A stretch of 35,333 nucleotides of DNA from Priapulus caudatus. Lineage: Eukaryota. Below the pieces are notes generated by a model. It had not been told where the DNA came from, ran no database searches, and was given only the letters and a program-made list of their open reading frames with translations. Within the stretch, counting starts at the first letter, position 1, and each line of letters begins with the position of its first letter. The stretch is taken from contig NW_014577080.1 in the NCBI RefSeq assembly GCF_000485595.1, forward strand, positions 629,400-664,732, written 5' to 3'. This document shows positions 1 to 11,800 of the stretch, piece after piece. The position numbers and the translations under genes are program-made.

Positions 1-52
1 ATCTATCTATCTCTCTCTCTATCTCTCTCTCTCTATCTATCTATCCATCTCC
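1..52. repeat. (ATCT)/(CT) microsatellite
   Basis: Directly visible. Confidence 0.85.
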
Positions 53-1032
53 ATTTCTTACTCGCTCGCTCTCACGTTCTCACTCTTGCACTCATTACAG
101 AACGCTCTGCGGGTGTAAATTAGGCAGGAAAATATGCGTCAAACATTATAACCAAGTTCATGACGAGCGATGAATCTCTCTGAAAAGCGGCGGCTATACC
201 ACCGCTTGGCACTTGGCCGCCGCGTTAATTATTCATGCTGATGTGCTGAATAATACAGAAGCATTAGAGCACCTGCCAGTCGGGGTGCAATCGCTCCCCC
301 AAGCGGCCACAAATCTAGGTGACCAGTCGATTGAGATGGTAGTCCCTGCTGCGTGTTCGTCGAACACAGGGTAGGCCTAATTCGCTTCCCGCGTAATGGA
401 GACATGACCGATCGTCTGTTACGTACTCTAGTCTGTTCCTTTGTGCTAGGTATAGGCCTATATACATCATGCAGTCGAAAGCCTTATCACGGAAACACAC
501 CGAGGCGAATACCGAGATGTGCGCAATATCGTATACGCATATTAGTGGTCGTAAAATTAGGTGCTGACTCGCGTGAGTATAGGGGGAGGGGAGGGTGGAT
601 GTGGGGATGTGGATGTGTATATGGGAGAGGGGAGGAGGATATGGGAGGGGTGATGACAAGAGACAGTGGTTAAGCCACGAGCGAGAGTCGGTGTACATAA
701 TCACCGTTCAGTTTGTCAGGAAACGTATGTTCTAGCAGAACATGGAGCCACCGGGCATTCATTGTTCGATAACGATTCGCAGCAGCATTGATGCAAGAAG
801 GCGCATTGCGGAAATTAGACTGCTAGTGTCGGGGATATTCGATGACTCACCACCACATATATATACATATATACACGTCTTTTAATATAGATTCCGTGTT
901 TTCGCGATAAAGCAGCTACAGATATCTTGTTTGTCTAGATTCTAACGATTGTCTGTATTAAACTAATATGTCGAGAGATGTAGGTAAATGACAATTTGAA
1001 TGTCACATATACAAGGCCAGTTGTATGTACAA

Positions 1033-1033
1033 A

Positions 1034-1093
<60 letters not shown>
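1033..1093. repeat. (ACGC)n + (TA)n compound microsatellite
   Basis: Directly visible. Confidence 0.95.
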
Positions 1094-1114
<21 letters not shown>

Positions 1115-1865
1115 TGCTATAGGACTGGAAATTCTTTTATCACAAATTTTTTACGAGAAACTGAAATGGCTTTACGTAGATTTCGTATGATACGTATTAC
1201 AATTCATTGGTCTAATATATACCCTATTATTGGAAAAGCGTGTATCACTAACGGCATGATAATAAATTAAACTTACATTATTACATAAACTAGTGCTATC
1301 ATTTTTAAACGTGCACACTTTAAATTCATAGCGTGGTACTTTCATCAAAAAAATTTGGCGATATTAGCCTTTATTATTAATTATGGCTTGTATTGACCAA
1401 CTAGTGCAATGTCGATGTATGTATCTAAACGCTCAATCTGTTTACTTCTACGGTGCAGATAAAGACTGTAACTGACACTGAAGGCTTCATATAGCGCGCA
1501 CACCTCATGGCTGCTGACATTATACTAAAACTCACGATTCTCCTCTAGTGAACGTACAATTTCCCCGTAGGCTACTTTTGCACTCTGAATAACATGGAAA
1601 AAATGTTTCGCGTGTGGCCTGTAAGCAGCTAAACGACATTCATGTACTGTTACTTCATCAAAGCCCCACCGACATAGGTTCCTTTCAATAACATGAATCT
1701 ATGAACGCCTGTGGCAGCACAAACCAGTAGGCTATATAATTTTTACCAATTCCAACGAACTTCTCTACTATTCTACTGTACAACTAATGTGACGTGACCT
1801 TCGGGTGAGAATATATTGCTCCCTCATCAACAACAAAACGTCCAAAATCTTTTACAAAGTAGTCA

Positions 1866-1871
1866 TTTATT
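1866..1871 (-). terminator. Candidate RBBP5 polyadenylation signal AATAAA
   Basis: tttatt on + strand, followed on - strand by a GT-rich element (gttttgttgttgatg, ~1825-1839); implies a ~870 nt 3' UTR. Confidence 0.55.
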
Positions 1872-2722
1872 TACAGAGTTCTTACACGGTTCTTTGTACG
1901 TATCCCAGTACGACATTATGTGGCATACTTGCGCTAGAAACAGCTGTTAGCCAAGCCACGTCTGTTACAAGTTTAGCTCAAACAACACAACACAACACAT
2001 AATGTAATGTCGTTTCATAGGAAAAAACACGTATTCCCTCCGGATTCAGCAAAAACGCGCGCGCTTGGGACGACTAAACATTTTACATTCTTCACAGGTC
2101 ATTGAGAATGGCCATTTTCTTAGATGTGGACACAATAGTATTGACAAAACACCAAACACAATTACAGCAATCAGACACTACTTAAAAGACTAATTACAAT
2201 GCACACGGTCATATTTACATTGAGTGTGCTTAGACAGCATCATTCAGCAAGGGCTTCCCGACAACAGTAACATTTACTGATTGAGTGGCTTTCACAATTC
2301 AGATTTTACGATTTAATGAGGTTTTTTTTATGAATGAGCACTCTTTCCGCCAATGTGTTCTTTCACACAGCATCGCGCCCGTGCCTGCCAGCCTGCACAT
2401 TTGCGCGCATTTGCCTTGATGCTGTTGTTAACAATAAGATTGCGGTGATTTCTGCTGATATAGGAAAGAAAAACCACCGAAACCAACGTGTTTCGTGCGT
2501 GCAGACCCCTTCAGCGACGGCAGCCACTCACACACGCAGAAAACGAACACATCTTCGCGTGCGACGGCAAGTCGTGGAGCTCTGCAGCTGACTCCCAGTA
2601 TAAAAAAAAGAGACGAGCGAGTAAAAAAAAACCCTGACGAAGATCTGTCGAATGCTACGCAACTTTGGAAAGGCATACACGCGTGTAGTATAAAATACGT
2701 TTAACCACATGTGTATACGATC

Positions 2723-2859
2723 TCAATAACTGTCAGTCCTCTGCTTCTTTACGGGCCTGTACGCCGGATCTGACTGTTTGCCTTTAGACTTGGCCGGGCG
2801 GCCGCTCTTGCCCTTCTGCTGTTTCTCCTTGCGAGTCGGATTCAGTAATGGATGGACTT
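2723..2859 (-). CDS. RBBP5: RBBP5 last coding exon (EVHPLL...GRPAKSKG...TDSY*)
   Basis: 137 nt ending TGA at 2725-2723; conserved EVHPLL motif. Confidence 0.9.
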
Positions 2860-5800
2860 CTGTAACATCATGTCAATGGTCACGTGCCAACAGTTACGAT
2901 GGAGCTTAGACCGACTCCAGGTGTCGTTGAAAAAATTAACCCTTACGAACTCAGGCACGGGGGGGGAGGGGGGGGAAGGTTGAACTCATTTTACCACATG
3001 CATATATCGGTATGATTATTGTTAATTCTCGATGGCTTATATTATTGATTCAGTCTAATGATACTGCACATCTTTCCTGCATCAAATGCATTAATTTTAT
3101 TATCCATGTAGAAAGAAGCCAAGATGAGACGATATGCATGCCGGCATCAGAGCAGAGAATTGTGAATTAACCATCCACTTAATCGCAATCAGTTGCTACA
3201 CACAGTGGCCAAACCGAGATAAAATGCTCTTAGTTTTACTGATTTTTTTAATGAGATCGTAGGCTCGAGTGATATCAAGTCGAGCAACATCTAGTCACTT
3301 GAAATACGAGCCTAATAAACATGTATACGTACCATCGTACGGCGCATTTTCTAGTTCAATGTCCACCACTTTACTCTTCTTTTTCTTTCCACTTCCCTGC
3401 TCGGGTGACGAGTGCTTCTTTGCACTGCTTGGATCATCAGCCTGCATTATTCAGAACGAAAAACATTTACTCACTCAACTATGTTCACTGCATGTTATGA
3501 ACAAAAGTTAATTGGCAATAAAAAGGTTTTGTATGGCATTTGTTTCTACGGATGGACGATGTAAACGAATTACTACGGCTCATGCATCATAGATAAGCAT
3601 TATAAATTATGAATATTAGTAAAAGTTGAGTTGGTTGAGTGAAAAAAAAACAATGCTTCTTAAATGGAAATAAATACAGCAACACATACATGCATGCTGG
3701 TGTACGTACGGTCTCGTACACGCACGCTCACCACTGCACACACGCACGCACGCACTAACGCAACCACACACGCACGCACGCACTAACGCAACCACACACG
3801 CACGCACGCACGCATCTACGTATGCACGTACGCGTATATAAGCCAACTACACATCCAAAAGCGCAACCGTCAGTAAGCAACCTCCATCTTGCACTGACCA
3901 CGTTATGTGCACTTTTACGCGTGGGAGACATTTCAGACAATAAACCACGAAACGGTCTGTGTTTTTAATGTGCAATCACCATCACTTGACCCTGACTGAG
4001 TAAACCGCGGCCAACGGAGAGCAAATAAAGCAGCTGCATAGACGGTCAATAGGAAACGGCTTTTTCTTAATTGAATCCGCCTATCACGTACGTGTCTCCC
4101 CTCCTCTCTTTAGCTGGCAGCGTGTCTTAGGAGTGGTGGCAACCGCAGCACAACCAATATTTTCCTAACGGGAAAAATCTATAGGGGCATTCTGGTCATT
4201 CCCCGCTGCAACCGTTTCTCTAGCGAATAGCTCATGCTAGCGTCCAAGCTAACGTTGATATCCACTGACGCGAGGTCCCTACGAGCCCTACTGCACTACC
4301 TCTCTCGGTTTGATCACGAGTTGCTTGCATGATATGGACAGTCAAGTCCGTTGTAAGATTCGTAGGAGTTTCTTGTGTGATTTCATGTGCTGACTGGTGT
4401 TTATCTAGACTTTTCTACAGTGCAACCCGCACCTAGACGCCCTAACAGATGTGTAGATTCGTGGTTGATCGTGGATTCTTATTATTCATTCACCTCTGTA
4501 ACTGCTCCTGATCTGTTAAATAGTTGCATGAAACCTACCGAGAATAATCTCTCCGCCTCGCTGTAGTGGCCCGTCTGTCCGACATCCTACCTCCCACTAT
4601 GCTACCCTCATTGTACTGCCCTAAAAATCCGTCTCCTCTGACTGTTCTGCCCTACACATCCCATTCCTTCACTGTTGTGTGCCCTGACCCCCCCCCCATA
4701 TTGTACTGCCTTAACCAGCCCTCTATATTGTACTGCCCTAACCAGCCCTCCATATTGTATTGCCCTACACATCCCCCGATATTGAACTGCCCTACCCACC
4801 CCCTCATATTGTATTGCCCTACCCATCCCCTCATATTGTATTGCCCTACCCATCCCCCATATTGTACTTCCCTACCCATCCCCCATATAGTACTGCCCTA
4901 CCCATCCCCCGATATTGAACTGCCCTACCCACCCTTGATATTGTATTGCCCTACCCACCCCCCATATTGTACTTCCCTACCCACCCCCTCATATTGTACT
5001 TCCCTGCCCATCCCCCATATTGTATTGCCCTACCCATTCCCCATGTAGTACTGCCCTACCCATCCCCCATATAGTACTGCCCTACCCATCCCCCATATTG
5101 TACTTCCCTACCCATCCCCCATATTGTACTTCCCTACCCATCCCCCATATTGTACTTCCCTACCCATCCCCCATATTGTACTGCCCTACCCATCCCCATC
5201 CCCTTCCCTCGCTGTACTGTCTTGCTGATACCCTTCCTACATGTGAGCACATGAGCACTGCTCCCGGCCATCATCGATTACCTGATCGCCCCACGCCATG
5301 TCTCCTGCATCCTCGATCTCAGGTGTGATAGAGAGAAACAGCAGCGACCTATCATCAGTGCCTTCCTCGTCGCTGTGGCGCGAGAAAAAGGAGAAAAACA
5401 AGTCCGTAAGCGATCGTCTACGACAGAGCGCAGTTTTCCTGCTTCGACACCCGGCTAGCAAACGCAGGCACGTGGCGAAGCGATGCGCTGATTGCTTGCG
5501 TTTGACATGCAAATGTAAAAATTGTAATGGCATTCTGGTGCGCGTATGCAAATTGACTCGCCGGCAACTTTAACAACCTTGCTAATGCGCTTTCAGTTTT
5601 ATTTATTACGTGATACTGTAAATGTTAATGTATATTATTCCATTTTCCCCCTTAAATGTCGTGCAGTGATTATTCAATACGTAGCATGAATAATAGAAGA
5701 GTTTACAATTTGATTTACTGTGATATAAAACCTACAGCATTCCGCTACATTTGAGTGAAATTGTGCTTGTTGTGCATGGTGTATTATTGACCTGGGCGAG

Positions 5801-8800
5801 AAAAATAACCACGCCTCCCCCCAGACCAGGCTGTACATGTTTATCACGCATGCACATCAAAATGGCGACTTCCCAGCACTTTCTTGCTAAGCATTGCTTT
5901 TTAAAACGTCCTATCGCCACAATGATTGGCTGAAGCTGCTTCGTCAATCACACCAGGCAGATAGGTCAAATACCAAGAGGCTAGTACAATAGTTTCAAGA
6001 ATATTTCAAGTGCCATATTTTGATCAGCTCAAACAAGTTTTGTATAAATAAACTATAAAAGTCATATATCTACCATTATGCCAGTATGGAGTTTTTCAAA
6101 CGCTTCATGTGCTACATAATGCAAAGATACATGCATCGGTACTCTTTACCTACCTGCTACAGAAAGCTGCTATAGCTTCCACGGTTACTACATCTACTTC
6201 TCCTCCCTCTTCCTCCTTTCCTGCACAGAAACATGTATACAATCAGCTATGCTTAACATGTGAACCACACACACAGAGTAACATCACAATTATTAGCCTG
6301 GTTAGCTACCTGATACTGCTATCCTACCTAAACACATGTAACATTATATTCCCTCTCCCGAGGACATATCTAAAAGACGTTTTGTGCACAATAAAAGAGG
6401 GTCGAATTTTTATTTTTTAGGGCAAGGAAAGTGTTGCCTTGGATTTCGTGAGAAATATACTTAGTTGGTAGGACACCAAGACAAACATTCCCTTCAATGG
6501 AGGGACACCGAAACAATTTACTTTTTCCTGGCACATGTAAGAGAGAGGGATACACGTACAACATGGAGCCATGGTAAGGGCACTGGGGCAAACAAAATGA
6601 AGTAGCCACAGCGATGTATTGTCATGGATATCGGTAAGATTACGGCGCCATGGCAAGTACGGACACAACCACTGCACTTTCAGTCAACCGCGTGGTGAAA
6701 TTCAAGCCATGCTGTAACCCAAGCTATCATGTATCATATGTCATCATGTATCATGTATCATGTATCATGTAACCCAAGCTATCATGTAGTGAATAGGCAG
6801 GTAAACACAATTCGTCACCCGATGCTCACAGTGTACAGTTTAACACACTAACCGGTTTGCTGCGACAACTTGAAAACAATGGCATGAAAAGAAACTCGCG
6901 CAACGTTGTCACGCAACACGACTCGACTGACTTGCCGTAGTAAACAAGCGAGAGAGTTCTTCGGTTCACCTAGCCGATTCCACAGGAGGTTTTACAGAAA
7001 GCATGGCACGCAGCCAAACGAGCGTGCACCGTATGTATATATATATATATACGTATTTATATATACCTGTGTATGTATACATGTGTATATGTATGTGTGT
7101 ATAGGTGTGTGTGTGTGTGCGTGCGTGCGTGCGCATGCATGTACGTACGTATGTATGTATATACGTATGTACGTATGTATGTTTGTATGCACCCTCGCGG
7201 GGAGCCCTGGGGGTAGGGGGCACGTACCCATGTGTGGTTCGGGGCTCTTGTCCTCATCCTCTATGTCAAACTCGCTCTCGCGTTCCTCGTACTCCACGTT
7301 CTCGTCCAACTCCTTGAAGTCGGGAGCGAACGCCGACCAGTTCTCGACCTGGTTCTGCGCCCACACGGAGACGACGCCGCTCGAGATGGACACGATGATG
7401 GGACGCACGGGATGCCACTGTAACAACACAGTCACTGTTACACCCACGCACGCACGCACACACGTACGCACGTACACATGTACACATGTACGCACCCACG
7501 CATGACACTATGATGGGATGCACGGGATGCCACTGTAACAACACAGTCACTGTTACACCCACGCACGCACGCACACACGTACGCACGTACACATGTACAC
7601 ATGGACGCACCCACGCATGACACTATGATGGGATGCACGGGGTGCCACTGTAACAACACAGTCACTGTTACACCCACGCACGCACGCACACACGTACGCA
7701 CGTACACATGTACACATGTACGCACCCACGCATGACACTATGATGGGATGCACGGGGTGCCACTGTAACAACACAGTCACTGTTACACCCACGCACGCAC
7801 GCACACACGTACGCACGTACACATGTACACATGTACGCACACACGCATGACACTATGATGGGATGCACGGGGTGCCACTGTAACAACACAGTCACTGTTA
7901 CACCCACGCACGCACGCACACACGTACGTACACATGCACACATGCACGCACACACGCACACACACATGCACACACACACACACACACATGCACACACACA
8001 CCAACGCACGCACACACGTACGCATGACACGATGATGGGATGCACGGGATGCCACTGTAACAACACGGTCACTGTTACACCCATGCACGCACGCACGCAC
8101 GCATATGCAGACAAATGCACGCACGCATGCACACGCAAACACATAAAAGCAACATAACAAAGAGAAGAAAAAACACTATGAGCATGTCCAGCTGCAAACA
8201 TTTCTGCCAGGCATCCTTTTTTTAAGAACGCAATTATTTCCACTCCCGTCGAATTCTCCTAGTCCTAGGGCTCGCACTTTACTGAGAAAAATTAGCCAAG
8301 CACTGTCAGCCAGGGGGCCGTTGTCAGAAACAAAATTATTCTTAACATTAGTCTTAACACTAACATTTTCTCGTAGACCGTCGACAGCACTTTGTTTCGT
8401 ATTGTTATGAGGAAATCTGCTACGATTTTTCATTCAGGTAACTTTGCAGCGTTTCTGTCGACAGTCTAAGAAAAAAATCAATGCTAAGACTAATGTTAAG
8501 ACTAATTTTGTTTCTGACAACGGGCCCCAGAACGCGAACCATATCTTATTACCACAGATATTTACCGAGCAGGAGGTATAATCCAACCCAACCCACACCC
8601 GACGTGCAACAAATTGAGGGTGCAAGATGACCTGTACAGCTACACATCCAACATCCAGCAACTCACAGCAACATTCAGCAACATTCAGCAACTCACAGCA
8701 ACATCCAGCAACAGTTCTCCTTTGGTGCCATGTAGGATCTTCACCAAGTTACCAATGCTCTTTTCCCAGATGTAGAGAGCGTGCTGACGGGCGGAGCCTG

Positions 8801-11800
8801 CACAGATGTACTCTCCATCTCCACTGAAAACGCATTTCTTCCACAGAGTCCTGTAATTCACATAGAGAATGTCTGATTGCAAATTGTTAGTTTCTATCGG
8901 GAAAAACCGAGTGACAGAACGCCCCTCTGAGAAAGGTCGTTACGGTTTGCTAATGTTTTTTTGGCTTTATGGATCTTTTCGAAAGAACAGGTGCAAGAAC
9001 TAGCTAACACTATAACCGAAATAAAACGCGTAACTGCAAATAATATCTTCACTTTTCTATAGACAGCATACATAAGATTTAGCCTTATCTATTTTTTATA
9101 GCATACATGAGTAGAATTGCATAAAAAATAGATTCATGTATGCTATAAAAAAATAGATAAGGCTAAACCTTATGTATGCTGTCTATAGAAAAGTGAAGAT
9201 ATTATTTGCAGTTACGCGTTTTATTTCGGTTATAGTGTAAAAACTACAACTAGCATACTGGCACATTCCCGATAAATAAACACAATGTCGAGTTTACAGC
9301 GTCTACACACAGTAAAAGTATAATAAACACAATACTTAAAATATAATCTAATAGAAACATATTAAATAGGGTGAAACTTCTGAAGTTTTACTACCATGTC
9401 CGACACTATATGCGAGGAGATGTAATTTATAAGTGGCTTTTACAGAGCTCTTGTGACTAATGAAATAACTGACGACCGGATGGCAAATAGCGTTATATGG
9501 TAACATTTTGCCACCGTTATTGCAGCTTCTGAAATTCATGACTGTGAAAGAGGCCAAAAAGGAAATCATAGAAAACTGAAGTTATTGGAAATGCTATTGT
9601 CCTTGGCTCTCAAACAATCGGGTTTATTTGACTTATACTAGATCTTTACGACATGACACAGATTTGTCTGGTTTTACAAACTTTAGAGAGTAGGTTTGCA
9701 CATTTTTCTTTTGCTAGGTAGCCCTCATTTGGTCAGCATATGCTCAGACATTACAATGATCGTCACGATATCGCTGTCACTTCATTCGAATAGTAAGAAT
9801 ATCCATACGTTCGTAATTAAACTCAGATGAAGCCATATAATATCTACAGGCATTGCAACAGACATATGGGTCTAATCACACGATAATAAATACAACGAAA
9901 CACACACACACACACACGTGCTTGCAGCCACTTTGAATAAATCCTGTCAAATTTACATAACATAGTTGTTGATTACAGATCAAGAATTATTTCCTGCCCT
10001 CCAGCACTTTTCCTGGGATTTTTGCCAATTCAATATTTCCGTGACGCTTGGTGTGTTCGTTAGAGGCTTGCTTGACACATGCCAGCTTTCACGTGTGCAT
10101 GTGATGCCGAGAAGATAGCAAGGTAAAGAAGGAAATTTTTTTTATAAAATTTGCCTTACGCGAATGCCAGCGTATAAAATATACATAAATGAATATCGCA
10201 TCAGCACCGTGGCAAACACAGTGACTAGCGCGCGACCATTTCTCAGATGTTCCCACACTACACGCTCGGTGCGAATATTTAGCAGATTTACAAGCGTTTC
10301 AATTACTGGTGGCACGACGACGACAGAAATACATGAGAGTATCAGCTGACATTTTTTAATCAGCGCGCCGCATTGATTTCTGGTTCTTCTCCGTGGCTTT
10401 GTCTGTTCCATCGCAGCCAGCACTCAGCTGCGGTGGTCGAGTCATCACAGCGGTTGTAATTATGATTTGCCCCACTTACTCAATGCTACACAACGGGAAA
10501 TTGAGTTCCATTGAAATCCACATAAATTCTGAGAAATGAGCTAGAACGGGAGTGGTGGTGGGGGGAGTCGGCTCTTAAAATTGGAATTCGTTTTTCGACG
10601 TCGCGAAGGTTGGGAGATTTGTCTTGAACACAGATTAATACCGTGTCACCTGCGGTGCAACTCATTAAGTTTCAACTGCAGCGACTATAATCCATCTCTA
10701 TGATGTCGTAGCAATTGTGAGAAGGAACTGATACTATATATATTATGTGTGTACGTGCATGCACGTGTGCGTGCATTAATGCGTGAGGCACTGTACCCGA
10801 AGATTTTTACGTAAACGGTACCATATATGAAAATCGTACCATATATGCAAATGAAGAGAACGTGCTATACATATACAGCTGAGCATGTCACAGGAAAATA
10901 TTCTAACCTGTCAAGAATATTACCAATCAACTAATGGCTCAATCACAAGTGATATTTTGATGTAATGCATTATCCCTTTTTTATCATCTTTTTTCCCAGG
11001 GCTGTGTAGGCAAGGACATTTCAACTTAACTATGAAAATGATAAAACTCTAAACCTTTACTAGACTACGGGCAGATTATTCACAATTCCCCTCATGTGTT
11101 CATCCCGGGACAAGAGGGACTGCTCAGAAGTACAGCAGTGCACAAATAATATCAAAACAAAATGATAATTCGAACAAAGGCAGTCTGACAAAATGAGTCA
11201 CAATCACTGCAGCTGATCCATGCAGCTAATCAGCATTATACAGTGATTTTATTCAATTTGTGGAAAAGTAGTCTATCAGGGTAGTACTGAATAGGGTGGA
11301 GGAGGCATACAGGAAGTGCTGCTCTCAGACTAAAGATGCAAGGACAACAGATTACGAGTTTAATGTTTCATATATGCAACAAGTGCCGCAGAGCGACAGC
11401 GCTCAACTGACGTGTACTGTAGCCGGGTATTCTTCTAATAAACTCACTGGCAACCGAATCAAGTGCGCTCTCCCGCCACCGTGTTCACGCTCAGAGCTAT
11501 ATCTAGGATACTACTAATACAGATCTGAAATCTATGATAGCTAGGCTTTGCTATACCGGTAGTACAGTAATAAAGATACAGCTGTGTAACTTTAATGACT
11601 TCGCTATATTAACATGTTATCATGGATATGCATCGAGTGCAAGCGTAGTGGTGGTGGGAGGAGAGTGGGGGGAGGGGGCGGGTGGAGGGGGCTCTAAGTC
11701 TAATAGCAAAAGCAGTTGCCGCAAGATGGCGCGTGCAAGTGTCATCAATAATCAAAGATGGCATCACCCTTCGTGCGTGATAACCTCACTCCATTGAGTT

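Noticed and set aside
315..704. ORFs of 106-129 aa downstream of RBBP5
   Set aside because: No recognisable domain; driven by a G-rich low-complexity patch
4566..5328. Pro/Cys/Tyr-rich ORFs
   Set aside because: Translations of the 27-28 bp minisatellite
7391..8105. Regularly spaced repeats resembling a CRISPR array (also 4608-5200 and 34941-35333)
   Set aside because: The intervening sequence is also repeated (no unique spacers), context is eukaryotic introns and there are no cas genes
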